From IMG/VR virus record IMGVR_UViG_3300043410_001892, positions 248,001 to 312,000 of that record: a stretch of DNA of 64,000 nucleotides, one strand, 5' to 3'. Position 1 is the first letter of the stretch. Each line of letters starts with the position of its first letter. Positions 18,539-27,794 of this stretch are shown piece after piece. The translations under genes and the position numbers were made by a program. The notes beneath the pieces are model-generated. The model had not been told where the DNA came from. It did no database searches and saw only the letters and a list, made by a program, of their open reading frames with translations.

Positions 18539-19639
18539 TTAGATTTCCTCCTGTGTTAAGAACCAGTTACGTGCTACATATTTAACTCGAGACATAACAT
18601 CTTTAATGTCAAGCTCGCTTGCAACTAAAGTATCAGTTTCTTCTTTAACAACATCATCAGAGATCCATTTTAAGAAAACCGGAATGCTTTTAGGTTCGAT
18701 ACTAATATTGTTACATTTCAAATATTCTAAACCTTGATTAAGTCTAGATTCAGTTACAACAGTTTCAGCAAACTCGTTAATAGAATTAACTTTTTCAATA
18801 TCAACACTTGCTAGTGTTTTAACTTTAGATGAACTGTGTTTTTCACCTTTAACTTTAAACATAAAGCGTGAGCTGTTATATCCAGGAGTAACACATTGCC
18901 AAACAATACCTTCACCTACACCTGTTACGCCAAATTGTTTAGCAATTGGACAATTTTGTTCTACTTCAACAGTAAGTTCACCGAGTTTGTTTTGTGCAAG
19001 CTCAGGCTGATTGAAATCAATTTCCATTGTGTATGTTTTAAAATCATACTTAGTAAATAAGTTGTCAGGGAAATCTAACCCGCGGAAGCCAACAATTTCT
19101 TTAGCGTATTCTACTGTTCGTTTAACTTGTTCAGCAGTAAAGTAAATACGAGTTTGTTCGCTTGTTGCTGGATCAACATGTGCGTCCCATGCAACAATAC
19201 CAAAGATGATAAACATTTTAGGTACTTCACTAATACCTACACCTTTTTGTACGCCTTGTCCGCACCATTCACCAAAGATAGAATAATGTGTCAATGTACC
19301 TTCGTGAAAAGTGTTTGAAGCAGCTACTAATAAACTTTCAAATGCAGCGCGGTGTTTTACTGTGTAAGCAGCCCAACCAAAGTTGTCATTTACAACAGTT
19401 AAAATACGTTCGCGTGATTGAGCCCAAAAATCATGTAATTTAGTTGATTCGCAAGTAACACTAGCATTAGTGCCATGTGCCTTAACAGAACCTTCAAACG
19501 TTAAAGTTGGCATAGGTGCAAAGCGATCAATAATTGGATTGCCATCTGCATCTAATCCTTTAAAGCTTGAACGACTTTTAACTTCCTTAACCACTTGTCT
19601 AAATTGATTGATACTTGGCCATGACATGTGTTTTTGCAT
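18539..19639 (-). CDS. RNA ligase, Rnl2-like family
   Basis: SVKAHGTNAS (KxxGxN), FGEWCG, GEGIVW, FKVKGEKH. Confidence 0.85.
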   Translation of the reverse strand: MQKHMSWPSINQFRQVVKEVKSRSSFKGLDADGNPIIDRFAPMPTLTFEGSVKAHGTNASVTCESTKLHDFWAQSRERILTVVNDNFGWAAYTVKHRAAFESLLVAASNTFHEGTLTHYSIFGEWCGQGVQKGVGISEVPKMFIIFGIVAWDAHVDPATSEQTRIYFTAEQVKRTVEYAKEIVGFRGLDFPDNLFTKYDFKTYTMEIDFNQPELAQNKLGELTVEVEQNCPIAKQFGVTGVGEGIVWQCVTPGYNSSRFMFKVKGEKHSSSKVKTLASVDIEKVNSINEFAETVVTESRLNQGLEYLKCNNISIEPKSIPVFLKWISDDVVKEETDTLVASELDIKDVMSRVKYVARNWFLTQEEI

Positions 19640-19697
19640 AGTGTACTCCTGTTGTTTGTTAAATAAAAATATATTATATTATAAGTGTATAGTAATG

Positions 19698-19922
19698 TCA
19701 AACTTTTTTAATAAGTATTTGCGCCGCAAGATCTTTTCTTAAAGTTAGTGAAAATCCACGTAATTTAAGTTCTATAGGGTCTCCAAGTGGAGCAACTCTA
19801 ACTACAGTCACTTCTGTGTTACGAGTTAGCCCCATGGTAAGTAATTGTTTTCTTACAGGTGTATTTTCTAAATAACCTTGAACAATTGCAGATTCATTTA
19901 CTTTTAAGAGATCTAGAGTCAT
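19698..19922 (-). CDS. feoA: ferrous iron transport protein A
   Basis: LLTMGLT, VRVAPLGDPIELKLRGFSLTLRK. Confidence 0.92.
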   Translation of the reverse strand: MTLDLLKVNESAIVQGYLENTPVRKQLLTMGLTRNTEVTVVRVAPLGDPIELKLRGFSLTLRKDLAAQILIKKV

Positions 19923-19923
19923 A

Positions 19924-20544
19924 TTAGTTCACATATTGAATTTCAGTTTGAGTAACATAAACGGTTGCTAATTTATCAAAATATCCGCACCATGGAAAAT
20001 GACTAAACGCAAATTCTTGTCCATCAGAAGTATGCAAAGTTGTAGTTACTGAACCAGTACCGCTACTTTGAATATATTTGTAAGTAGTATTATGTGGTAA
20101 CGTTATGTTAGTGATATTCTTATCGGCTAGTTCTTTTTTAATAGTTCCGTAGCCGTTGATATTATCATAATGTTCAGAATCCCATAAGAATCTTTCAAGT
20201 TCTTCTGCAGCAGCTAAATCATAGAATACACCAATAGTTTCAGTACTCTCGCATTCGGCTCTACCAAATGAATCACCGGTATCCCATTCTACCCATACCA
20301 CATACACTTCATCACCAGGTTTAAGTGGTAATTTAGTAACAACATCTGGATGTGTAGTAGTTATTCTAGCTGATTTAAAGAAATTATAATATTCTTCACG
20401 CCAGTCACCATATTCTTCATCTTCTCGGTATGCATCAACTAGTGTACTTTCGATATACACTTCTAACCCAACTGGTTTATTTTCAAGTTTGTGAATATCG
20501 TAATCGTCTAATGATGGGTCAATATAATCTTCTTCATCTGTCAT
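19924..20544 (-). CDS. hypothetical protein
   Basis: 206 aa acidic ORF within the operon. Confidence 0.55.
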   Translation of the reverse strand: MTDEEDYIDPSLDDYDIHKLENKPVGLEVYIESTLVDAYREDEEYGDWREEYYNFFKSARITTTHPDVVTKLPLKPGDEVYVVWVEWDTGDSFGRAECESTETIGVFYDLAAAEELERFLWDSEHYDNINGYGTIKKELADKNITNITLPHNTTYKYIQSSGTGSVTTTLHTSDGQEFAFSHFPWCGYFDKLATVYVTQTEIQYVN

Positions 20545-20771
20545 TCTTGTTTCTCCTCATATACCCAATTGTAATAGTCTTTTGGATTCCACCATTCTAA
20601 GCCACAATAACAGGTTGGTATGTCTCCCTTTTGCGGTTGGTCGGCTCTGTTGAAAAATGTAAATCCGTCGGTGTAAAAACGTTCACCGCTGTGTAAATCT
20701 CTATTAGCAATAGCAACTAAATGCCCGTTTGGGCAAACGATAAATGTACTGCGAGGGGTTGCAACTGTCAT
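20541..20771 (-). CDS. small Cys-containing hypothetical protein
   Basis: CPNGH and CYCG motifs. Confidence 0.5.
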   Translation of the reverse strand: MTVATPRSTFIVCPNGHLVAIANRDLHSGERFYTDGFTFFNRADQPQKGDIPTCYCGLEWWNPKDYYNWVYEEKQE

Positions 20772-21247
20772 TACTCTAACCTTACTAATACTACATCTCT
20801 ATCAATTGCCCATTCGGTAAGTATGCGCATTACTTTAATTGGATCACCACCTGCTAATCCGCAGCCTATCATAGGAAATCCAAACTTAGTATCTTTAGGA
20901 AAGTGTTTTCCTATCTTGTGTAATACTTCTTCAAATGCTTGATAATCAAATGGAGCTCCATTTGAATGCCCGTAATGATACTGTGTATAAGCATTGACTA
21001 CTTTACAGCATGGAGTTTCTGCAACAGTGAATGTTCCAAGTTTAGCTTTGTCAGCCATGTTAGTAGTACGATCGACTTCTGCTACTTGTGGCCATCGCAT
21101 TGCAAGTTGTTTAGCAATACCTGCGCCCATTGTATTAAAACAATTACAACCATGCACAATAACATCAAATCGTTCTTGTAATGCAAGTTGTATTAAATCT
21201 CCGGTTATTACTCTCATTTTAATCTTCCTATTAGTGTGTACATCCAA
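20771..21247 (-). CDS. macro domain protein (ADP-ribose binding/hydrolase)
   Basis: GDL, HGCNCFNTMGAGIAK, FPMIGCGLAGG. Confidence 0.92.
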   Translation of the reverse strand: MDVHTNRKIKMRVITGDLIQLALQERFDVIVHGCNCFNTMGAGIAKQLAMRWPQVAEVDRTTNMADKAKLGTFTVAETPCCKVVNAYTQYHYGHSNGAPFDYQAFEEVLHKIGKHFPKDTKFGFPMIGCGLAGGDPIKVMRILTEWAIDRDVVLVRLE

Positions 21248-21570
21248 CGTGGAAATACAGGTTCGTTACAAAAAGCATCACAACTTTCTAATCCTGCAGG
21301 TGGATCAGGAAGTTCATATAGTGATTTTAATGGAGGTGGAGGATTAAATCCAGTCATTCCGTTTTGATTGCGATATTGCGGTTTGTGTGGTGGAAGAGGA
21401 GGGGACATCGTCTTAAACGGATGCCCGTCAACAATACGTTTCATAGCATCACGGTGTTCCATCAATGCTATGCGTGTTTCACCGTGATCTATATACATTA
21501 TTTCATATCTCAACTTTTCTAATGTTGAATTGATATAATCGTATGATTCTTGTGTTAAGTTTTGATTCAT
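21214..21570 (-). CDS. hypothetical protein
   Basis: 118 aa Pro-rich ORF within the operon. Confidence 0.5.
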   Translation of the reverse strand: MNQNLTQESYDYINSTLEKLRYEIMYIDHGETRIALMEHRDAMKRIVDGHPFKTMSPPLPPHKPQYRNQNGMTGFNPPPPLKSLYELPDPPAGLESCDAFCNEPVFPRWMYTLIGRLK

Positions 21571-22877
21571 AGTCCACCTAATGCGCGTAATCGAATAGTA
21601 TCTAAACTATCATCAATCAACAGCTTACCATTGTGATAATATGTTTCTAATTGGTATTCTTCAAATCTACCACCTTGTGATTTTTTACCTGGATCAGTAA
21701 CTGGATTTTTAACAGTATCAATCCATTCATCATTGATTTTCATTGCAGAAGTTTTCTGTGCAAATGAATAAGTATCACGATTCACTTTTTGTAATAAACC
21801 ACCACCACTGCCATATACAAGTGTTTCAGCTGCATAGCCAAGTTCTTTAACCATGTGTGCTAATGCTTTCATAGATGCAGTATCAATACCATCACCTTGA
21901 ATTAAACTAACATTGTTAAGCACTTTGTAGCCTTTAGAGTTTACAGTATGTCCAAACCAGTAATCAATAACATTAAGTAATTTTGGTATTACTACTAATG
22001 GATTACCTGAGTCTGGTCGGATAACAACTTTAATACCACTTTGTTTAATAATGTGTACAAAGTGTGAACACAATGCTTCAGTATCGCGATAAATGTCATA
22101 ACCATCAAGTACAATTGAAACTATATCACCTTTTGCCATATCGTGTAGAATAGATGAAATATATTCCATTTGTTTATCATTGCCATAAGAGCATTGAACG
22201 CTGTGTTCAGTAGCAGGAATTGAGTAACCTGGCATTTTACAATTATAATACTTACGGCTAGCAGCAATTGATGCTAAGTTGTCAGTACCTCTAAAGTAAA
22301 TTAAGTGAGCTAATCCACCCATCTCTGCAGTCTCATATGAGCTTACACCGCGAGCGCCAAAGTCATGTAATGCAAATTGTAAGTTTGCTAGGTTATCAGA
22401 AGTTTCATCGTACACTTCTTTAAGTATTGCATAGTTCTCACGATCATTTGAAGCAATAGTACTTGGATACCAAACATCACGTTGCAACCATGATTCAATG
22501 TAAGATGGCAACCAGTACAACTCTGGATCGTTTGATTCAACTGTAAGAATTGGAGTTTGTGATGGAGTAGGTGTGCCTTCTAGCACTGCTTTAATAGTAA
22601 CAGGCAAGTAACCACCGTGTACATCATGAATTCTCTCCCATCCTGCGTAATTAAATGGTAATCCATGTTCAGTAAGAATCTGTTCTGCTTCAATAACATC
22701 TTCCCATTTAATTGGTTTTAGCAGATTCTTTTTAATTGCCATCTGCAAGCCAAATGGTACGATTGTTTTACCTGGCTTTCTTGCTGACAAGTAAGCAAAT
22801 TGAGCAGAAGTACCAGCTGGGTACCATGCATAGTGACTGGCTTTGTAAGAGTCGGCATTAAGAATAATATTAGACAT
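21567..22877 (-). CDS. nadV: nicotinamide phosphoribosyltransferase
   Basis: ADSYKASH, LHDFGARG, PATEHS, IRPDSG, IQGDG, GSGGGLLQKVNRDT. Confidence 0.95.
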   Translation of the reverse strand: MSNIILNADSYKASHYAWYPAGTSAQFAYLSARKPGKTIVPFGLQMAIKKNLLKPIKWEDVIEAEQILTEHGLPFNYAGWERIHDVHGGYLPVTIKAVLEGTPTPSQTPILTVESNDPELYWLPSYIESWLQRDVWYPSTIASNDRENYAILKEVYDETSDNLANLQFALHDFGARGVSSYETAEMGGLAHLIYFRGTDNLASIAASRKYYNCKMPGYSIPATEHSVQCSYGNDKQMEYISSILHDMAKGDIVSIVLDGYDIYRDTEALCSHFVHIIKQSGIKVVIRPDSGNPLVVIPKLLNVIDYWFGHTVNSKGYKVLNNVSLIQGDGIDTASMKALAHMVKELGYAAETLVYGSGGGLLQKVNRDTYSFAQKTSAMKINDEWIDTVKNPVTDPGKKSQGGRFEEYQLETYYHNGKLLIDDSLDTIRLRALGGL

Positions 22878-22887
22878 TGTTACCTCG

Positions 22888-23829
22888 TTATTTCAAATTA
22901 AATTTTATCTTAGCAAATGTATTAGTCATTGAGCTAATAATATCTCTATGATCATGGAACATATCTAAGTCGTTAAGTACAGTAGTTAATGGAAACCATT
23001 GTGCATCAATTGCATCGTCATTGGCTACTGTTTGCATAGGTTCATCAACTACAAACATTTTACAGTATGTAACTCTAAGAATACCACCGCTGTCTCGACG
23101 TACTGAATCAAACAACTGAGTCTTGTATGCTATGCTACTGACAGTAATACCTGTTTCTTCTAGTAGTTCGCGATCAGCGCATTGATCAAATGTTTCATTA
23201 GCATTCTTAAATCCGCCTGGCAATGCCCATTTGTTTTTACCTGGAGCAGTTTTTCTTTTAATTAGTAAAACTTGATTGTCATTAGTTATTACTAATGCAT
23301 CACTACAACAAAATGTAAGTGTTTCTGGAAACGGATAACTTGCAAACATCTGTTTCTCGTTTTTAAAATAGTTGTAGTCTTCTTGTGCTAGTTCAGGTAA
23401 TTGATTATTTTCTGCTAGTTCAGTTCTAATTTGTGTACCTGAAATAGTTGAAACTGGATCAACTTCTATGTATTCAAATCCTTGAAACCAAGACAAGTAT
23501 AAGTTATCTGGTTTAGTATGTCCATATAAGCAAACGTCGTGATCTTCTGAATGCATACGAATAATATAACATGTTTGCGATATCCATTTGTTATCATTAT
23601 ACAAGTAGTCGTTAAGTGGTTCCACAATAACATTAGGAAACTTCTGTTTAACATTGTCATGTCGTTCTGCATAGGACCATGGATTCTTAATAGTATTTGA
23701 TTGATTAGCTGAACCAATTAAAACTAATTGTTTATCAGTATTTTTAATCATAGTCTGTATGATTAGTTCGTGTCCTTCATGCATTGGTTGTAATCTACCA
23801 ATAAAAACACCTAATTTAGGTTTTATCAT
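22888..23829 (-). CDS. bifunctional NMN adenylyltransferase / Nudix ADP-ribose pyrophosphatase (NadM-Nudix)
   Basis: GRLQPMHEGH, ISGTQIR, WALPGGF...RELLEETG. Confidence 0.92.
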   Translation of the reverse strand: MIKPKLGVFIGRLQPMHEGHELIIQTMIKNTDKQLVLIGSANQSNTIKNPWSYAERHDNVKQKFPNVIVEPLNDYLYNDNKWISQTCYIIRMHSEDHDVCLYGHTKPDNLYLSWFQGFEYIEVDPVSTISGTQIRTELAENNQLPELAQEDYNYFKNEKQMFASYPFPETLTFCCSDALVITNDNQVLLIKRKTAPGKNKWALPGGFKNANETFDQCADRELLEETGITVSSIAYKTQLFDSVRRDSGGILRVTYCKMFVVDEPMQTVANDDAIDAQWFPLTTVLNDLDMFHDHRDIISSMTNTFAKIKFNLK

Positions 23830-23842
23830 TTATCAAGTTCCT

Positions 23843-24010
23843 TTATGCAAATAAAGATTCAGGGGAATCAACTTCCCCTGCATTGTCCTCTAAGTAAAAA
23901 TCATATAAGTCATATTCTAACTCGGGAATATGTTCTTTCTTAGGTTGATGTACTCCTCCTTTACCTAATATAGGTGCTGGATTATGACCCCTTACGTAAT
24001 GTGCTTTCAT
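23843..24010 (-). CDS. small hypothetical protein (55 aa, not in ORF track)
   Basis: MKAHYVRGHNPAPILGKGGVHQPKK..., translated by hand. Confidence 0.45.
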   Translation of the reverse strand: MKAHYVRGHNPAPILGKGGVHQPKKEHIPELEYDLYDFYLEDNAGEVDSPESLFA

Positions 24011-24146
24011 TTGTATCTCCAAATAGTTTTTTTCTAAGATCAGATATCTGAAACTTTTTTGATCTGTTTTTGTTTATAAACTTTTGTTCTGGATCATTCT
24101 GATATTGTCTTATACGTGATAAAATATCATTGTGTTTGTATTCCAT
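23982..24146 (-). CDS. small hypothetical protein (54 aa, not in ORF track)
   Basis: MEYKHNDILSRIRQY..., GGAG RBS. Confidence 0.45.
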   Translation of the reverse strand: MEYKHNDILSRIRQYQNDPEQKFINKNRSKKFQISDLRKKLFGDTNESTLRKGS

Positions 24147-24334
24147 ATTGACTCCTTGTGTAATTAATATTTTTGCTTATTATATAGTGTACTTATAATA
24201 AAGTCAACATTAAAGGACTAAAGTCCTAAAACATTCAAAGTTCATATTCGTTGGCACTCATATTCACTTATCTGTTTTATTTTTAATCTCTTTTTTAATA
24301 TTGAATAATAATGATTGCTTTTTAATTTTATGTA

Positions 24335-24720
24335 GATTGTAGAGCCAATATGATACCTAAAATCGGTATCATAAGAGGAAGGACTTTATGTGAGTTGCTT
24401 CGCTTTTTTAGATAGCAGGTGTTTTTATTTTGATCCCGATGTTTGGCTCTACGCTTACCAGTACCTGCCGCGACTTTTAAGAATACCTCGTATCATTGTA
24501 TTCATACATCGTTTAGAATCATTTTGCAACCATATACAATTAAACAAACGCTAGTAACCAGTGGGTTCTCGTTTAGGCATCCAATAAAGGGTAGTGTTTA
24601 AAGGCCTGACTATAGCAGTCAGAACTAGCTACCATCACACATCAGAATGGGTTCACTAACGGTATTACAATTGGCCCGTCAACCTTAAGCTATAATTTCA
24701 ACTAGTATACACTCACTGTT
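24335..24720. ncRNA. putative large pseudoknotted RNA (or origin region) in a 550-bp ORF-free gap
   Basis: crossing helices GTAGAGCCAA/TTGGCTCTAC and GCAGGT/ACCTGC; several hairpins. Confidence 0.45.
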
Positions 24721-24764
24721 TTCAAAAGTCATCTTTGATTTTACCAAAAGATAAATATATTACT

Positions 24765-25373
24765 ATGAAAATACATGAAATTATAAGCGAGGCTCACAAT
24801 CGTGGTGATATGAAGTCGGTGCTAACTGCAAGAGGATATAAATTGTTAGGAACTGGATATTATGCAACTGTTTGGCAAGCACCGAATGGATCAATTTTAA
24901 AAGTGTTTTCTGCAAGTGAAGAACAAGATTATCATAATAAAACTTGGTTAGAACCTAATTATGAACAGTATCCTGACGATCTAAAAGATTTTTTAATGTT
25001 CTATCATTATGTTAAGCAACATCCAAGTCCATATCTTCCAAAATTTGGAAAACTTAAACGTGTAACAGTTGATAATCGTGAATATGTTATTGTAACAACT
25101 GAACCATTATCAGCAACTAGTACTAATCCAAAAACTGAAGATGCGTTTAGGTCTATAATAGTTAATGGCGGAGCTACTACATGGGAAGAGATAATTAAAT
25201 ATAGTCCAAGAGATGCTGACATATTAAATAAGTATGGTCCAAAAACATTTATGCCAGTTGCATTATTAGCCGCACATCTTAGTAGTATAAGTCCAACTTG
25301 GGATTTCTCAGATCATTTATCTAGCAATATAATGTTTCGTGGTGATATTCCAATAATTAATGATCCGTGGTAA
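24765..25373 (+). CDS. protein-kinase-like fold protein with MKIHEIISEA N-terminus
   Basis: LGTGYYATVW Gly loop, ILKVF, D-x4-NIMFRG...INDP; TAAATA just upstream. Confidence 0.7.
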   Translation: MKIHEIISEAHNRGDMKSVLTARGYKLLGTGYYATVWQAPNGSILKVFSASEEQDYHNKTWLEPNYEQYPDDLKDFLMFYHYVKQHPSPYLPKFGKLKRVTVDNREYVIVTTEPLSATSTNPKTEDAFRSIIVNGGATTWEEIIKYSPRDADILNKYGPKTFMPVALLAAHLSSISPTWDFSDHLSSNIMFRGDIPIINDPW

Positions 25374-25383
25374 CGAGTCAATA

Positions 25384-25410
25384 AAAAAAGCTGCCCTAGG
25401 GCAGCTTTTA
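25384..25410. terminator. bidirectional terminator
   Basis: AAAAAAAGCTGCCC-TA-GGGCAGCTTTT. Confidence 0.7.
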
Positions 25411-25412
25411 AT

Positions 25413-25616
25413 TTATCCACCTGCTACGCCTGGAACTCCAGGTTGAGTGTGACACGCCATACCAACAGGAATTGCCCATGACATTGGATAAATCCACCAC
25501 GACCCGTCAAAACCGTTGCAACGGTTGCTAACTAGTACGCCGTATGCATTTACAAATTCAATTGAAAATGCAGATGTTGAAAACGTTAATAATGCTACTA
25601 ATAGAATTTTTTTCAT
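25413..25616 (-). CDS. small secreted hypothetical protein
   Basis: signal peptide MKKILLVALLTFSTSAFS. Confidence 0.55.
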   Translation of the reverse strand: MKKILLVALLTFSTSAFSIEFVNAYGVLVSNRCNGFDGSWWIYPMSWAIPVGMACHTQPGVPGVAGG

Positions 25617-25659
25617 AAATCCTCCTAACGTATGTTATGAAAAAGCACCCCGGAGGGTG

Positions 25660-26010
25660 CTTAGTTGTATTTTGGTTAACAAGGCATACATGCCCCGGAG
25701 GGGTAGGTTATTAAGCTACCATGTCAGCTGCTTCCAAAGAGAAGTCAACTGTCATATACTCGAATTTAGATGCTTTTGCGTCTATAAGTTTTGCGCTGTT
25801 TAGGACAGTCACCTCACCTGTTGCCGTCTCCATTATCTCACCCAATCGAAACCATGACAGCCCCATTATAAAACACACTAGCACTTCCCTTTTAGGGGGC
25901 AGGAAGTTTATGGCTATGGCCCCACTCTAATACCTCTAATGTGTTTTATGGTGGAACTGGGGGGAGTCGAACCCCCGTCTTGAATGCCTTCACTTTGAAG
26001 GAATTACAAC
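25660..26010 (-). ncRNA. ssrA: circularly permuted two-piece tmRNA
   Basis: acceptor piece ending GACGGGGGTTCGACTCCCCCCAGTTCCACCA (25949) precedes coding piece starting GGGGCTGTCATGGTTTCGA (25864); tag ORF 25711-25779. Confidence 0.9.
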
Positions 26011-26095
26011 AATAATAAGAACACTAATAAATCTAATGTTCTTATTATTATTTAGTATGTGTACATTATACACTAATAAAACAGTTTGTCAAGTA

Positions 26096-26335
26096 CTAAT
26101 TACTCCATTTTAACATAAACCAATTTTTGTATTTCTCTTCAGCAAAATAAATTGCATGTACAATTTGGCACCGATATGCATGATAAGGTTCCAGTGCGTC
26201 GTCGATATCCTTTGCTGAAAGGTGTACACAATTATCACCGTGTTGGTATCGAAGATCATTAATAAAATTGCGCCATGTAGTAGGACATTCGTCCCACCAA
26301 TCACCAAGATCTAGTTTATATTCAGTTGGATTCAT
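26096..26335 (-). CDS. small hypothetical protein (F..L.W family)
   Basis: FAEEKYKNWFMLKWS. Confidence 0.6.
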   Translation of the reverse strand: MNPTEYKLDLGDWWDECPTTWRNFINDLRYQHGDNCVHLSAKDIDDALEPYHAYRCQIVHAIYFAEEKYKNWFMLKWSN

Positions 26336-26345
26336 GTTACCTCCG

Positions 26346-26570
26346 TTAAATGCTTAATATGAACCAGGCTAAATCTTTTTCAGATTCAAATATTATGTGG
26401 CCAAAACCTACATTCATGTTAAAATCACCGTTAAACTTATCTTTAACAAATTTCTTTGATTCAGGGAGTGTTACAAGGTTTTCGTGTAAGTAATCCTTGC
26501 CTGCTACTGCAATATATTGCCATTGTTCAAATGTTAGCTTATGTTCTATCAATATATCTCCTTTGCCCAA
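26346..26570 (-). CDS. small hypothetical protein (F..L.W family)
   Basis: FESEKDLAWFILSI. Confidence 0.55.
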   Translation of the reverse strand: MGKGDILIEHKLTFEQWQYIAVAGKDYLHENLVTLPESKKFVKDKFNGDFNMNVGFGHIIFESEKDLAWFILSI

Positions 26571-26773
26571 AGCAAATTAAATACAAAGTAATCATCATTA
26601 TCCATTTCCCAATGACCGGATTGTTCAAAACTTGTTTGCTTGGTTATAACAAATTTTGCTGATTTAAACCCTTGCTGTCTCATAAATTCGTCACACAGCA
26701 GTTCTTTATTTGAAGTCATGTACCATAGTTCAAAAAACTCAGGATAATTATCATATAAATCTTCTATTATCAT
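26549..26773 (-). CDS. small hypothetical protein (F..L.W family)
   Basis: MDNDDYFVFNLLW. Confidence 0.55.
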   Translation of the reverse strand: MIIEDLYDNYPEFFELWYMTSNKELLCDEFMRQQGFKSAKFVITKQTSFEQSGHWEMDNDDYFVFNLLWAKEIY

Positions 26774-26774
26774 T

Positions 26775-26963
26775 TTATCCGCCCCATCTCATAACAAACC
26801 AAAATCGATCTTCTTCATCTCTAAACTGAACAGTATACTCTAACATGAACCATCTGCTATTTATTAGCCCAGCAGATGGTCCAAATGTTTCATTACACCA
26901 TTCTAAGATTTCAGACTTACTCTGACGATGCGGAAGAATCGCTGAATATCTAAGTCCAGACAT
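26775..26963 (-). CDS. small hypothetical protein (F..L.W family)
   Basis: FRDEEDRFWFVMRWGG. Confidence 0.6.
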   Translation of the reverse strand: MSGLRYSAILPHRQSKSEILEWCNETFGPSAGLINSRWFMLEYTVQFRDEEDRFWFVMRWGG

Positions 26964-26965
26964 TG

Positions 26966-27190
26966 TTATGCAGAAAAGTATTTAATTTGGAACAATAAGA
27001 ATGCCTTTTCGTCAAGTACATCGTAATCCATAATGTAATAACCATCTGAATTTTTTATCATTTTAAAACCGTATTTGTCTTCTAACCATTGTGGGAAGTC
27101 CATATCGTTTACTTGATCAGAAGCTAAAAATTCTTCACGTGAATCACGTAAACTATTACGATAAACTTCAGTTGAAACTGTTAGTGCCAT
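26966..27190 (-). CDS. small hypothetical protein (F..L.W family)
   Basis: VLDEKAFLLFQIKYF. Confidence 0.55.
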   Translation of the reverse strand: MALTVSTEVYRNSLRDSREEFLASDQVNDMDFPQWLEDKYGFKMIKNSDGYYIMDYDVLDEKAFLLFQIKYFSA

Positions 27191-27312
27191 TACATATACT
27201 CCTTAGTTGTGTTATTAAATTTTGTATATTATAAGCAATAATAGCATATAAGTCAACGATTAAGATAACCGCAAAATTTAACTAAATACTACTATTATAA
27301 AGGAGTGCAAGG

Positions 27313-27594
27313 ATGCATGAAATATTTAAGCTAATAGGTGATTTAGGTTTCCCAATTGCAGTAGCGTTTGCAGGTGGATACTTTGTTTATTTAACTATTC
27401 AATTATTATTAGGCGGTGTATTAGGAGCTATTAAAGGAATGGCTGGTATTATTACTGCTCTTGATAATCGTGTTAAAACAATGAATCATGACGTTGTGCG
27501 TATAGACACAATCGTATCAAATGCACTTGGACTTAAACCAGATGTAGATCGTATTGCTCGTGCAGACGGTAAAAATGATGCTCGGAGGGACTAA
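27313..27594 (+). CDS. small membrane protein, paralog of 27781
   Basis: IGDLGFPIAVA TM segment followed by LDNRVKTMNHDVVRID. Confidence 0.7.
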   Translation: MHEIFKLIGDLGFPIAVAFAGGYFVYLTIQLLLGGVLGAIKGMAGIITALDNRVKTMNHDVVRIDTIVSNALGLKPDVDRIARADGKNDARRD

Positions 27595-27794
27595 TGCATT
27601 ACATAGATTATGTATGGCAGTTGTTTCCATGGGGTATGATTTTAGATGAAGAAATTAATCTTGATGATTTAAAATGGGAAGATGGGGACTATTTTAGGTT
27701 AGAACGTACTACTGACGGCAGTCGTCCTGTGTTAAGAAAAGTTAAAGTAATTAGAAAGTATAAACCAGGAGAAGAATCAAATGGAAATGAGTGA
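27594..27794 (+). CDS. hypothetical protein
   Basis: translationally coupled (TAATG). Confidence 0.5.
   Translation: MHYIDYVWQLFPWGMILDEEINLDDLKWEDGDYFRLERTTDGSRPVLRKVKVIRKYKPGEESNGNE

Noticed and set aside
23843-24010. ArfA-like ribosome rescue factor
   Set aside because: Only a vague KGGxH basic patch, and the acidic C-terminus does not fit; left as hypothetical.
25516-25930. Plus-strand ORFs 25516-25803 and 25721-25930
   Set aside because: Antisense to the tmRNA and a secreted ORF.
25865-25948. Riboswitch-like structure between the tmRNA pieces
   Set aside because: No recognisable aptamer consensus; best explained as the permuted-tmRNA intervening segment.
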